Made by a program: the position numbers and the translations under genes | The notes under the pieces: model-generated | What the model was told of the DNA's origin: nothing | Database searches by the model: none | Seen by the model: only the letters and a program-made list of their open reading frames with translations | NCBI RefSeq assembly: GCF_003334785.1 | Contig: NZ_QOWV01000001.1 | Reading direction: 5' to 3' (one strand) | Source of the DNA: Escherichia coli | GTDB lineage: Bacteria; Pseudomonadota; Gammaproteobacteria; Enterobacterales; Enterobacteriaceae | Length of the DNA stretch: 64,000 nucleotides | Part shown: piece by piece, positions 23,957-35,929 of the stretch | Layout: each line of letters starts with the position of its first letter | How positions within the stretch are numbered: the stretch's first letter is position 1

Positions 23957-25045
23957 TTAGAACTGGTAAACGATACCCACAGCAACGGTGTCGTCTGAAC
24001 CTACGCCCAGTTTGTTGTCAGAATCGATCTGGTTGATGATGTAGTCAACATAGGTGGACATGTTTTTGTTGAAGTAGTAGGTTGCGCCCACTTCAAAGTA
24101 GTTCACCAGATCAACATCACCGATACCTTCTACGTCTTTCGCTTTAGATTTGGTGTAAGCGATGGACGGACGCAGACCGAAATCGAACTGGTATTGCGCA
24201 ACTAACAGAACGTCTTGCGTTTTGTTGGCGAAGCCGCTGGTGTTTGTAAATTTATTAGTGATCGGCGTAGCGTTACGGGTTTCACCGTAGTTCGCTGCCA
24301 GGTAGATGTTGTTCGCGTCGTACTTCAGACCAGTAGCCCACTGTTCAGCTTTTTTACCGTTGCCAAGAGGTTGAGCTTCTTGCAGGTTGGTACGGTCAGC
24401 TGCACCATAAGCACCAACGATACCAAAGCCTTCGTATTCGTAGCTGATAGAACCGCCAACACCGTCGCCGTTAGAACGGCGTGCAGTGTCACGCTCGTTT
24501 TTACCCAGGTACTGAACAGCGAAGTTCAGGCCATCAACCAGACCAAAGAAGTTGGAGTTACGATAGGTAGCAACGCCGCCAACACGACCAACGAAGAAGT
24601 CATCGCTGTATGCAGTATCACCACCAAATTCTGGCAGCATATCGGTGTAACCCAGTGCATCATAAACCACACCGTAGTTACGGCCGTAATCGAAAGAACC
24701 AACGTCAGCGTATTTAAGACCCGCGAATGCCAGACGCGTTTTGTTACCAGTTTGAGCGTCAGCGCCTTCAGAGTTGTTACCCTGGAAGTTATATTCCCAC
24801 TGACCATAACCGGTCAGATCGGAATTGATTTGAGTTTCCCCTTTAAAACCAAGACGGGCATAGGTCATGTCGCCATTGCCACCGTAACTGTTTTCACCGT
24901 TACCCTTGGAAAAATAATGCAGACCAACAGCTTTACCGTACAGATCTACTTTGTTGCCATCTTTGTTATAGATTTCTGCAGCGTTTGCAGTACCTGCTAC
25001 TAACAGAGCAGGGACGATCACTGCCAGAATATTGCGCTTCATCAT
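23957..25045 (-). CDS. ompF: outer membrane porin F
   Basis: 362-aa ORF, signal peptide [23 protein letters not shown]-terminal ...GIVYQF; matches remembered OmpF. Confidence 0.97.
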
Positions 25046-25155
25046 TATTTATTACCCTCATGGTTTTTTTATGACACCTGCCACTGCCGTCAATAAGTTC
25101 TGTCAATAAAAATTTACGGAACTATTGATGAGAGTTTGGTGTCTTTATGTGTCTG
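25046..25155 (-). promoter_or_regulatory. ompF 5' UTR, including the MicF sRNA pairing region around the SD and start codon
   Basis: Position relative to ompF ATG; UTR length (about 110 nt) is from literature, not measurable from sequence. Confidence 0.5.
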
Positions 25156-25169
25156 CAGGCATCTTTCCA

Positions 25170-25260
25170 TTCAAACTAACGTTTCGCTACCGTGAAAGTG
25201 CTACAAAGATAAAGATTTGGTTTCAAAAAGAAAAAATATGTAACCAAAAGTAAAATTTAA
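25170..25260 (-). promoter_or_regulatory. ompF promoter with tandem OmpR-binding sites (F1-F3)
   Basis: Reverse strand reads TTTACTTTTGGTTACATATTTTTTCTTTTTGAAACCAAATCTTTATCTTTGTAGCAC..., the known GTTACA / GAAAC-rich OmpR boxes; exact box borders not resolved. Confidence 0.55.
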
Positions 25261-25602
25261 GGAACTTTGTGAACACCGTCATATTTCCATAGAGACGTGA
25301 TGATATTTACAGCAATTTTAATCTATTTATATGATTTCCTTATATTTAAATTAACTAAACGGAAATTTTGTTTCTGATGGAAACTTTATCGACCTGGCAC
25401 AAAATCTTCTTTCAGACATCCAGAATGCCAAAAAATAGTATGAAAATTGTGCTATTAGCTAAGAAAAAACTAATCCGCAATAAGAATGCGGATTAGTTTT
25501 TGCGCGTAAATGTTGCAATGTAATATTCCGTAACAGGATGATCGTTATGGCGGGGTTGCAAATAGATTGCTTGACTTAACAAACAGATAACTTGACAGAA
25601 AA

Positions 25603-25634
25603 GATAAAAAAAGAGCCAGCGGGCGCTGGCTCTT
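25603..25634 (-). terminator. rho-independent terminator of asnS
   Basis: Minus strand: hairpin agagccagc-gccc-gctggctct followed by tttttttatc. Confidence 0.75.
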
Positions 25635-25646
25635 GAAGACGCTAAA

Positions 25647-27047
25647 TTAGAAGCTGGCGTTACGCGGAGTACGTGGGAACGGAATCACATCACGTACGTT
25701 TTGCACGCCAGTTACGTAAGCAATCAGACGTTCAAAACCAAGACCGAAACCTGAATGCGGAACAGTACCGTAGCGACGCAGATCGCGATACCACCAGTAA
25801 TCTTCTTTATTCAGGCCCATTTCCAGCATACGCTCGTCCAGCACGTCCAGACGTTCTTCACGCTGGGAGCCACCAATGATCTCACCGATGCCCGGAGCCA
25901 GAACGTCCATAGCCGCAACGGTTTTACCGTCTTCGTTAAGGCGCATATAGAACGCTTTAATATCTTTCGGATAGTTTTTAACCACTACCGGTGCTTTAAA
26001 GTGTTCTTCCGCCAGATAACGCTCATGCTCAGAAGAGAGATCGACTCCCCAGTAAACCGGGTTTTCAAACTTCCTGCCGCAGTTTTCGAGAATGGTCACT
26101 GCGTCGGTATAATCCACCTGCGCAAAATCGGCTTCAATGAAGCGTTCCAGACGTGAAACGGCATCTTTATCTACGCGTTCAGCGAAGAATTTCATGTCGT
26201 CAGCGCGTTCTTCGAGAACCGCTTTGAAGACATATTTCAGCATGGCTTCAGCCAGACCCGCAATATCGTTCAGGTTAGCAAACGCCACTTCCGGCTCCAG
26301 CATCCAGAATTCCGCCAGGTGACGGCTGGTGTTGGAGTTTTCAGCACGGAAAGTCGGGCCGAAGGTATAAATTTTGGACAATGCGCAAGCGTAGGTTTCG
26401 CCGTTCAACTGGCCAGATACGGTCAGGAAAGACTCTTTACCAAAGAAGTCTTTGTCGAAATCCACTTTGCCCTGATCGTTACGCGGCAGGTTTTCCAGAT
26501 CCAGCGTAGAAACGCGGAACATTTCGCCTGCACCTTCGGTATCAGATGCGGTAATCAGTGGCGTTGAAACCCAGAAGAATCCCTGCTCGTTAAAGAAGCG
26601 ATGCAGCGCCTGCGCCAGCGTATGGCGAACGCGCGCGACGGCACCAATCAGGTTTGTGCGCGGACGCAGGTGAGCGACTTCACGCAGATACTCAATGCTG
26701 TGGCGTTTTGCCGCCATCGGGTAAGTGTCTGGATCTTCAACCCAACCAGCAACTTCAACCTTGCTGGCCTGAATTTCAAATTGTTGCCCCTGGCCCGGCG
26801 ACGCCACGACTTTACCCGTCACAATGACCGAGCAGCCGGTGGTCAGACGCAGGACGTCTTCATTGTAATTGGGCAGAGAATTATTGATGACAGCCTGTAC
26901 AGGATCAAAGCAGGAACCGTCATAAACGGCGAGGAAGGAGATGCCAGCTTTTGAATCTCGGCGGGTACGTACCCATCCGCGCACGGTGACTTCGCTGTCA
27001 ACGGCTACACGGCCCTGGAGTACGTCGGCTACAGGCACAACGCTCAT
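25647..27047 (-). CDS. asnS: asparaginyl-tRNA synthetase
   Basis: Class II aaRS; 466-aa product from ATG at 27047 ([13 protein letters not shown]...); the upstream in-frame extension in the ORF track is rejected. Confidence 0.95.
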
Positions 27048-27182
27048 AATATTCTCTCTGTTAATAGTCGGAAAAAATAAACACTTGTCCACCCGTAAAT
27101 GGGGGGATACCTATGTTACCTGGCATCTGCAATCAGACAAGCAGAATTCGCAAATGCAGCGAAAGATTTCGGAATTAAAGGT

Positions 27183-27207
27183 AAAAAAAGGGAGCCGATT
27201 AGCTCCC
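27183..27207 (-). terminator. rho-independent terminator of pncB
   Basis: Minus strand: hairpin gggagc-taatcg-gctccc followed by ttttttt. Confidence 0.6.
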
Positions 27208-27215
27208 TGATGATA

Positions 27216-28418
27216 TTAACTGGCTTTTTTAATATGCGGAAGGTCGAACGCTTTGCGCAGCGCCCGAACAAACGCTTTATCATGGCAGATAGTTTTGCCA
27301 GGGCTGTCAGAAAGTTTCGCCACCGGTTTACCGTTACACTCTACCAACTTAATGACAATATTCAGGGGTTTTACCTGGGGGATATCGCAGGTCAGGCGAG
27401 TCCCAATACCAAAACTTAATTGCACGCGGGAAGAGAAGTGGCGGTATAGCTCAACCGCTTTGCGTAAATCCAGATTGTCAGAGAAAACCAGCGTTTTACT
27501 CTGTGGATCAATTCCCAGCTTTTCATAATGTGCAATGGCTTTTTCACCCCATTCAACCGGGTCGCCAGAGTCATGACGCAGGCCCTGATACCGACTAGCG
27601 AACTCGACACCGAAATCACGCAGGAAAGCATCCATAGTGATGCAGTCGGTTAATGCAATGCCAAGTTGGTCGGGATACTCTTCCAGCCAGGCAGCAAGTG
27701 CAGCTCGCTGGCTGTTGGCTAGATCCGGGCTGATTTGCTGATGTGCCTGGAACCATTCGTGTGCCTGTGTTCCCATCGGCGTGAGGGAAAGCCGACGCGC
27801 CAGATCGTAGTTGCTGGTGCCCACAAACCAGGATTCCTGTTGCAGACGCTTAACGATGGTTTCTTGTACTTCGCGAGAAAAACGGCGACGGGTGCCAAAA
27901 TCCATCAGATGGAAGCGCGACATATCAAGACCGGCGGTTAACGCCGAGAAGTCGACTAATTTGCTTTCCAGCGTGTCGAGGGCTTGCGCAACGTCGGCCT
28001 GCGGTGAGCGATAGCGATGTACCATTTCACTGATAACCGCCAGCAAAGGAACTTCCCAGAGGATGACTTCACGCCACGGGCCGCTTAAACGAATATCCAG
28101 CTTGCCATTATCGTTGGACACGGTGACTTGTTCCGGGTTAAAGCGGAACTCGCGTAACCAGTTAAGATAGTCGGCCTTAAAGAAAGGCAGGGCAGAAAGC
28201 CACTGATATTCATCATCCTGCAGGCGCAGGTGCTGCATCGCCTGAACCTGTTCACGAATAGCATCGGCATAAATACCCAGCAGATCGTCACCTCGGCAAC
28301 GAAACTCCGCCGCGACATGCACATCGTAATAGTGATGAAACACGGCTTGCTGCATATGCAACTTATAAGCATCTGTATCCAGCAACGAGTGCAGAACAGG
28401 AGAAGCGAATTGTGTCAT
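27216..28418 (-). CDS. pncB: nicotinate phosphoribosyltransferase
   Basis: 400-aa product from ATG at 28418 ([24 protein letters not shown]...). Confidence 0.95.
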   Translation of the reverse strand: MTQFASPVLHSLLDTDAYKLHMQQAVFHHYYDVHVAAEFRCRGDDLLGIYADAIREQVQAMQHLRLQDDEYQWLSALPFFKADYLNWLREFRFNPEQVTVSNDNGKLDIRLSGPWREVILWEVPLLAVISEMVHRYRSPQADVAQALDTLESKLVDFSALTAGLDMSRFHLMDFGTRRRFSREVQETIVKRLQQESWFVGTSNYDLARRLSLTPMGTQAHEWFQAHQQISPDLANSQRAALAAWLEEYPDQLGIALTDCITMDAFLRDFGVEFASRYQGLRHDSGDPVEWGEKAIAHYEKLGIDPQSKTLVFSDNLDLRKAVELYRHFSSRVQLSFGIGTRLTCDIPQVKPLNIVIKLVECNGKPVAKLSDSPGKTICHDKAFVRALRKAFDLPHIKKAS

Positions 28419-28683
28419 AGGTGCGCAGTAGCGTCCTCGTACAGGAGCGTTTAGTACAATAAACATCTTCAGGAACTGCTGGAGTATACCTTGTTTCGCA
28501 ATTTATTGAACCCCGATCACACCATATGCCACCTTTCTGGTCGATGGCATTACGCGGTGTATGTTATAAAAATGTAGCAATAAAGGCGTTTGTACCTGAA
28601 AAGATGAAGATTCTGCATAGCGCGATTTACGCAACAGGAATAGACTGAACACCAGACTCTATAAAAGATGCTAAAGGTTATTT

Positions 28684-31296
28684 ATGACTCAACAGCCACA
28701 AGCCAAATACCGTCACGATTATCGTGCGCCGGATTACCAGATTACTGATATTGACTTGACCTTTGACCTCGACGCGCAAAAGACGGTCGTTACCGCGGTC
28801 AGCCAGGCTGTCCGTCATGGTGCATCAGATGCTCCCCTTCGTCTCAACGGCGAAGACCTCAAACTGGTTTCTGTTCATATTAATGATGAGCCGTGGACCG
28901 CCTGGAAAGAAGAAGAGGGCGCACTGGTTATCAGTAATTTGCCGGAGCGTTTTACGCTTAAGATCATTAATGAAATAAGCCCGGCGGCGAATACCGCGCT
29001 GGAAGGGCTTTATCAGTCAGGCGATGCGCTTTGCACCCAGTGTGAAGCCGAAGGTTTCCGCCATATTACGTATTATCTCGACCGCCCGGACGTGCTGGCG
29101 CGTTTTACCACCAAAATTATTGCCGATAAAATCAAATATCCCTTCCTGCTTTCCAATGGTAACCGCGTTGCGCAAGGCGAACTGGAAAACGGACGCCATT
29201 GGGTACAGTGGCAGGACCCGTTCCCGAAACCGTGCTACCTGTTTGCGCTGGTGGCAGGCGACTTTGATGTACTGCGCGATACCTTTACCACGCGTTCTGG
29301 TCGCGAAGTAGCACTGGAGCTGTACGTCGATCGCGGCAACCTTGATCGCGCGCCGTGGGCGATGACCTCGCTGAAAAACTCCATGAAATGGGATGAAGAA
29401 CGCTTTGGCCTGGAGTATGACCTCGACATCTATATGATCGTCGCGGTGGATTTCTTCAATATGGGCGCAATGGAGAATAAGGGGCTGAATATCTTTAACT
29501 CCAAATATGTGCTGGCCCGCACCGACACCGCCACCGACAAAGATTACCTCGATATTGAACGCGTTATCGGCCATGAATATTTCCATAACTGGACCGGTAA
29601 CCGAGTGACCTGTCGCGACTGGTTCCAGCTCAGCCTGAAAGAAGGTTTAACCGTCTTCCGCGATCAGGAGTTCAGCTCTGACCTTGGTTCCCGCGCAGTT
29701 AACCGCATCAATAATGTACGCACCATGCGCGGATTGCAGTTTGCAGAAGACGCCAGCCCGATGGCGCACCCGATCCGCCCGGATATGGTCATTGAGATGA
29801 ACAACTTCTACACCCTGACCGTTTACGAGAAGGGCGCGGAAGTGATTCGCATGATCCACACCCTGCTTGGCGAAGAAAACTTCCAGAAAGGGATGCAGCT
29901 TTATTTCGAGCGTCATGATGGTAGTGCAGCGACCTGTGACGACTTTGTGCAGGCGATGGAAGATGCGTCGAATGTCGATCTCTCCCATTTCCGCCGTTGG
30001 TACAGCCAGTCCGGTACACCGATTGTGACCGTCAAAGACGACTACAATCCGGAAACCGAGCAGTACACCCTGACCATCAGCCAGCGCACGCCAGCCACGC
30101 CGGATCAGGCAGAAAAACAGCCGCTGCATATTCCGTTTGCCATCGAACTGTATGATAACGAAGGCAAAGTGATCCCGTTGCAGAAAGGCGGTCATCCGGT
30201 GAATTCCGTGCTGAACGTCACTCAGGCGGAACAGACCTTTGTCTTTGATAATGTCTACTTCCAGCCGGTGCCTGCGCTGCTGTGCGAATTCTCTGCGCCA
30301 GTGAAACTGGAATATAAGTGGAGCGATCAGCAACTGACCTTCCTGATGCGTCATGCGCGTAATGATTTCTCCCGCTGGGATGCGGCGCAAAGTTTGCTGG
30401 CAACCTACATCAAGCTGAACGTCGCGCGTCATCAGCAAGGTCAGCCGCTGTCTCTGCCGGTGCATGTGGCTGATGCTTTCCGCGCGGTACTGCTTGATGA
30501 GAAGATTGATCCAGCGCTGGCGGCAGAAATCCTGACGCTGCCTTCTGTCAATGAAATGGCTGAATTGTTCGATATCATCGACCCGATTGCTATTGCCGAA
30601 GTACGCGAAGCACTCACTCGTACTCTGGCGACTGAACTGGCGGATGAGCTACTGGCTATTTACAACGCGAATTACCAGAGCGAGTACCGTGTTGAGCATG
30701 AAGATATTGCAAAACGCACTCTGCGTAATGCCTGCCTGCGTTTCCTCGCTTTTGGTGAAACGCATCTGGCTGATGTGCTGGTGAGCAAGCAGTTCCACGA
30801 AGCAAACAATATGACTGATGCGCTGGCGGCGCTTTCTGCGGCGGTTGCCGCACAGCTGCCTTGCCGTGACGCGCTGATGCAGGAGTACGACGACAAGTGG
30901 CATCAGAACGGTCTGGTGATGGATAAATGGTTTATCCTGCAAGCCACCAGCCCGGCGGCGAATGTGCTGGAGACGGTGCGCGGCCTGTTGCAGCATCGCT
31001 CATTTACCATGAGCAACCCGAACCGTATTCGTTCGTTGATTGGCGCGTTTGCGGGCAGCAATCCGGCAGCGTTCCATGCCGAAGATGGCAGCGGTTACCT
31101 GTTCCTGGTGGAAATGCTTACCGACCTCAACAGCCGTAACCCGCAGGTGGCTTCACGTCTGATTGAACCGCTGATTCGCCTGAAACGTTACGATGCCAAA
31201 CGTCAGGAGAAAATGCGCGCGGCGCTGGAACAGTTGAAAGGGCTGGAAAATCTCTCTGGCGATCTGTACGAGAAGATAACTAAAGCACTGGCTTGA
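28684..31296 (+). CDS. pepN: aminopeptidase N (M1 zinc metallopeptidase)
   Basis: 870-aa ORF with GAMEN exopeptidase motif and HEYFHNWTGNRVT...E zinc-binding motif. Confidence 0.97.
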   Translation: MTQQPQAKYRHDYRAPDYQITDIDLTFDLDAQKTVVTAVSQAVRHGASDAPLRLNGEDLKLVSVHINDEPWTAWKEEEGALVISNLPERFTLKIINEISPAANTALEGLYQSGDALCTQCEAEGFRHITYYLDRPDVLARFTTKIIADKIKYPFLLSNGNRVAQGELENGRHWVQWQDPFPKPCYLFALVAGDFDVLRDTFTTRSGREVALELYVDRGNLDRAPWAMTSLKNSMKWDEERFGLEYDLDIYMIVAVDFFNMGAMENKGLNIFNSKYVLARTDTATDKDYLDIERVIGHEYFHNWTGNRVTCRDWFQLSLKEGLTVFRDQEFSSDLGSRAVNRINNVRTMRGLQFAEDASPMAHPIRPDMVIEMNNFYTLTVYEKGAEVIRMIHTLLGEENFQKGMQLYFERHDGSAATCDDFVQAMEDASNVDLSHFRRWYSQSGTPIVTVKDDYNPETEQYTLTISQRTPATPDQAEKQPLHIPFAIELYDNEGKVIPLQKGGHPVNSVLNVTQAEQTFVFDNVYFQPVPALLCEFSAPVKLEYKWSDQQLTFLMRHARNDFSRWDAAQSLLATYIKLNVARHQQGQPLSLPVHVADAFRAVLLDEKIDPALAAEILTLPSVNEMAELFDIIDPIAIAEVREALTRTLATELADELLAIYNANYQSEYRVEHEDIAKRTLRNACLRFLAFGETHLADVLVSKQFHEANNMTDALAALSAAVAAQLPCRDALMQEYDDKWHQNGLVMDKWFILQATSPAANVLETVRGLLQHRSFTMSNPNRIRSLIGAFAGSNPAAFHAEDGSGYLFLVEMLTDLNSRNPQVASRLIEPLIRLKRYDAKRQEKMRAALEQLKGLENLSGDLYEKITKALA

Positions 31297-31338
31297 TAAA
31301 TAACCGAATGGCGGCAATAGCGCCGCCATTCGGGGAAT

Positions 31339-32106
31339 TTACCCCTGTTTTCTCAGGCGAGTTTCAGATTCACCACGTTGCATCACCCGTTGCAACACCT
31401 CCGCTTCCAGCTCCGCTAATCGCACCGACCCTAATCGACGCGGACGGGGGATATCCACTGTCAAATCCAGACCAATTTTTCCCTCTTCAATTAACAGCAC
31501 CCGGTCAGCCATCGCTACCGCTTCGCTCACATCATGCGTCACCAACAGTACGGTAAAGCCGTGCTCCTGCCAAAGTGACACAATCAAATCCTGCATCTCG
31601 AGTCGCGTTAAGGCGTCCAGCGCCCCGAGCGGTTCATCAAGCAACAATAATCCCGGTCGATGAATCAACGCTCTTGCCAGCGCCACTCGCTGTTTCTGCC
31701 CGCCAGAAAGTGCGGCAGGCCATTCCCCTGCGCGATTCTCCAGTCCTACCGCAGCCAACGCTCGACGTGCGGCATCGCGCCACTGGCCTTTAAGGCCTAA
31801 CCCAACGTTATCAATCACCGATTTCCACGGTAGCAGACGCGCATCCTGAAACATCATTCGCGTGTCTTCCTGAATTTCAGCCAGCGGTGTGGTGCCCGCT
31901 AACACATCGCCTGCGGTTGGCGTTTCCAGACCTGCCAGCAGGCGCAGCAGGGTACTTTTGCCACCACCGCTGCGGCCCACCACCGCCACAAACTGACCTG
32001 CCGGAATATGTAAATCCAGTTGGTTCAGGACGATATTTTCCGCGTAATGTTTGCTTACTGCATTGAGCAACAATGGCGTGCCCTGGTTCAGACGAGCAGT
32101 ATTCAT
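31339..32106 (-). CDS. ssuB: aliphatic sulfonate ABC transporter ATP-binding protein
   Basis: 255-aa ORF, Walker [10 protein letters not shown], signature LSGGQKQR, Walker [13 protein letters not shown]. Confidence 0.93.
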
Positions 32107-32894
32107 ACCGTGGCCTCCTTCAAATGATAAGCCGGGTTCCAGCGCAACCAGAGGCGCTCTAACAGCTGCGCGCTGACGTCAGCCAGTTTGCCGAGCAGGG
32201 CGTAAAGAATAATAGCGACTACCACCACGTCCGTTTGCAAAAACTCCCGCGCATTCATCGCCAGATAACCAATGCCTGAATTGGCAGAAATGGTTTCGGC
32301 AACAATCAGCGTCAGCCACATCAGGCCCAACGCAAAACGCACGCCGACCATAATTGAGGGCAGGGCACCAGGCAGGATCACATGGATAAACAGCGGTATG
32401 CCGGATAATCCATAGCTACGCGCCATCTCCACCAACCCGCGATCGATATTACGGATGCCATGCCAGGTGTTGATATAAATGGGGAATAGCGTACCGAGCG
32501 CCACCAGAAAGATTTTTGCGGATTCATCAATGCCAAACCACAAAATCACCAGCGGGATCAGCGCCAGATGCGGCACGTTGCGCAACATCTGAATTGAGGT
32601 ATCCAGCAGCCGTTCTCCCCAGCGAGATAGCCCGCTAATCAGTCCCAAAATCAACCCCAGCGATCCGCCAATTGAAAAGCCAATCAGCGCCCGCCAGGAG
32701 CTGATCGCCAGATGCTGCCACAGTTCGCCGCTGGCGGAGAGCGTCCAGAACGCCGTCACCACTCCTTCCGGTGAAGGCAAAATACGCGTCGACAGCCAGC
32801 CAACCGAGGAGGCCAGTTGCCACACCGCCACGATGCCCACCGGTAAAAACCAGGGGGCAACGCGCAATAACCACTTCTTCACTGGCGTTGCCAT
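32103..32894 (-). CDS. ssuC: aliphatic sulfonate ABC transporter permease
   Basis: 263-aa polytopic membrane protein from ATG at 32894; ATGA overlap with ssuB. Confidence 0.9.
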
Positions 32895-32904
32895 TATTTC
32901 TTCC

Positions 32905-34050
32905 TTAGCTTTGCGCGACTTTACGGGGGATAAAATCATTCGCCACCGCTTCGCCTTGCGGATTCAGCGGCTGCGGCTGGGGAATTTCCGGGATGGCGAC
33001 ATCCAGAAGCGGGAACAGCAACTCGCCAACCCGATACGCTTCTTCCAGATGCGGATAGCCCGAAAGCACAAAACTGTCGATGCCAAGCGCGGCATATTCG
33101 TTGATTCGCGCAGCGACCGTAGGACCATCGCCCACCAGCGCCGTCCCGGCACCGCCGCGCACTAAGCCAACGCCCGCCCATAAATTGGGGCTGATCTCCA
33201 GATTGTCGCGCTTGCCGTTATGTAACGCCGCCATTCGCTGTTGCCCTACGGAATCCGTCCGGGCGAATGCGGCCTGTGCTTTGGCGATAGTTTCATCATC
33301 AAGATGCGAGATTAACCGCTCGGCGGCCTGCCACGCTTCGTCGTTAGTTTCACGAACAATCACATGCAGACGAATACCGAAACGAATTTTGCGTCCATGC
33401 GCGGCAGCTTTCGCCCGCACTTGTTCGATTTTCTCTTTAACCAGTTCCGGCGGTTCGCCCCAGGTGAGGTAGAGATCAACCTGTTCTGCCGCCAGCTCCT
33501 GGGCGACATCTGACGATCCGCCAAAGTAAAGTGGCGGATACGGCTGTTGAATCGCCGGGAAGAGCAGTTTTGCTCCGCGCACATGAATATGTTTACCGTT
33601 GAAATCGACGGTTTCTCTCTGCAATAAACGCCGCCAGACCTGGGTAAATTCCGCCGAGGCTTCGTAGCGCTCGCTATGATCAAGGAACACTCCGTCGCCT
33701 GCCAGCTCTTGTGGATCGCTGCCTGTGACCAGGTTAAACAACGCACGTCCATTTGAGAGACGGTCAAGCGTGGCGGCCTGGCGGGCGGCAACGGTAGGTG
33801 AGGTTACGCTGGGACGCAGGGCGACAAGAAACTTCAGCCGCTGCGTCACCGGGATCATCGATGCGGCAACCAGCCACGCATCTTCGCAGGAGCGCCCCGT
33901 TGGAATTAGCACACCGGTATAGCCAAGACGATCCGCCGCTTGCGCAATTTGTTGCAGATAACCGTGATCAACCGGGCGTGAACCTTCTTCCGTTCCCAGA
34001 TAATGCCCGTCACCGTGGGTCGGTAAAAACCAGAACATATTCAGACTCAT
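32905..34050 (-). CDS. ssuD: FMNH2-dependent alkanesulfonate monooxygenase
   Basis: 381-aa luciferase-like monooxygenase ORF. Confidence 0.93.
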
Positions 34051-35006
34051 AATTGTTTTCCTTCCAGTTGAGTGGGCTGCCAGATGCGCTGGCGAATATC
34101 GACTTTTTTCGGCACCAGACGATTTTCATAAAACAGATCTGCCGTTTGCTGCTGTAAGGCGGCAACCTCGGCGTTAACCGGTTTGATGGTGGTAGGAGGG
34201 CGATGATCTAAGTAAGAGGCAATCACCGGTGCCGGTAAGCCCATCGTTTTTGCCAGTAAAGCGATGCTTTGCTCGCGCTGGCTGCGGGTTAACGCATCGG
34301 CCTCACTAAAGGTTGCCAGTACGCCCTGAATAAAAGCGCCGTTTTTTTCTGCATAGGGACGAGCTGCCAGATAAAACGATCCAGTTTGATTGAGATCGGT
34401 GCCGTCTTTCAGCACCCGCACGCCGCCCTGTAATAATGCAGCAGAGTAGTAGGGATCCCAGATAGCCCAGGCGTCAACGTTACCTTGCTGGAACGCGGCG
34501 CGGGCATCAGCGGGCGTCAGGTAAGTGGGTTGGATATCGGTAAACTTAAGTCCGGCCTGACGCAGTGCACGCAGTAAAAGGTTGTGTGAACTGGAACCTT
34601 TCTGAAAGGCAACTTTGTGACCTTTAAGATCGGCTACGGTTTTGATCGGGCTGTTTTCTGCCACCAGAATCACTTCGGCTTTGGGCTTCGGTGGCTCGAC
34701 GCCCACGTACACCAAATCAGCCCCGGCAGCCTGGGCAAAGATTGGCGGAATATCCCCGGTACTGCCGAGATCAATACTGCCAACGTTTAACGCTTCCAAC
34801 ATTTGCGGACCCGCGGGGAACTCCACCCAGGAGATTTTTGATTCCGGATAGCGTTTTTCCAGTAACTGGTGGCTTTTTGCCAGCACCATACCAATACTGC
34901 CTTTCTGATAGCCTATACGTAACGCTTCAGGCGAGGATTCTGCAGCAACCGCAAAAGTAGAGACGCTAAGCAATCCCGCCAGCGCCAGTTTAATGATGTT
35001 ACGCAT
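34047..35006 (-). CDS. ssuA: aliphatic sulfonate periplasmic binding protein
   Basis: 319-aa product with signal peptide [25 protein letters not shown] overlap with ssuD. Confidence 0.9.
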
Positions 35007-35574
35007 GGGCATTACCTCGCAGAGACAGAAGGTCAGGAACCTGAACATCGCGGCGGTGCAATGCCTGCCAGAAAGTTTCTAGCGCGGTATCAAGACGGGT
35101 TTGCAGATTTGGCGTGAACTGGGGTCTGTGATGGTAATCAATTACTTGTGAGTCATCGGCAAACACGCCGTGCAGGATCTCCTGAGCTTTCAGTGCGCTT
35201 AAAACTGGTTTAAGGGCATAATCGACCGCCAGCAGATGGGCCACGGTACCGCCCGTCGCCAGCGGTAGCACCACTTTGCCTTGCAAAGCGCGTTCTGGCA
35301 GCAGGTCGAGCAGGGTTTTCAACGCACCGGAATAGGCGGCTTTATACACAGGCGTGGCGACAATCAGCCCATCGGCCTGTTGCAGCTGTTCGGTGAAGGT
35401 CTTGAGTGCCGGACTATCGAAACGAGCATAAAGTAGATCTTCCGGGGCGAAGTTTTGCAGATTCCAGTGATAAACCTCTACATCCAGGCCATTTAGTTTT
35501 TCCCGCGCATATTCCAGCAAGGAGCTGGAGCGAGAAGGAAAGCGAGGACTACCCGCCAGGGTGATGACACGCAT
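34999..35574 (-). CDS. ssuE: NADPH-dependent FMN reductase
   Basis: 191-aa ORF; first gene of ssuEADCB; overlaps ssuA start by 8 nt. Confidence 0.92.
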   Translation of the reverse strand: MRVITLAGSPRFPSRSSSLLEYAREKLNGLDVEVYHWNLQNFAPEDLLYARFDSPALKTFTEQLQQADGLIVATPVYKAAYSGALKTLLDLLPERALQGKVVLPLATGGTVAHLLAVDYALKPVLSALKAQEILHGVFADDSQVIDYHHRPQFTPNLQTRLDTALETFWQALHRRDVQVPDLLSLRGNAHA

Positions 35575-35929
35575 ACTCTCTCCTTATAACCAATTGTTCT
35601 TTTTTTGTTAACATTGATAACAATTCGGTCAGTCTGTCGGAGAGACAAGAAAATTCCAAATATAAATTTTGTGTATCTTTTTCTGAAAATAAACTAAAGA
35701 AAGGGCTTTATATATCACGCATATTTATTTATCGGATAGTCATTAGATGTTGAATCAATGAATTACTCGTTCAGTTAATATTTAAATATTCATGAAATCT
35801 ATAAATTAAAGATTTGTCACTTATTGGATTTAGTATGCTTGATTTAAATGGCGGACAATTATTGTTATTATTAAGTCTAATGTCATTTAAAGGCATTATC
35901 ATATTTACGAAGAGATCAGGATGATAACG
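35575..35929. promoter_or_regulatory. AT-rich divergent control region: ssuE promoter (sulfate-starvation, Cbl/CysB-dependent) and elfA fimbrial promoter
   Basis: 355-bp strongly AT-rich non-coding stretch between divergent ssuE and elfA; individual sites not resolved by eye. Confidence 0.45.

Noticed and set aside
24215-25003. 262-aa plus-strand ORF antisense to ompF
   Set aside because: Completely contained within ompF on the other strand; no independent start context.
29647-30465. 272-aa minus-strand ORF antisense to pepN (also 46993..47604 antisense to rlmL, 51286..51957 antisense to pqiA/pqiB, 54177..54686 antisense to fabA)
   Set aside because: Antisense shadow ORFs inside well-supported genes.
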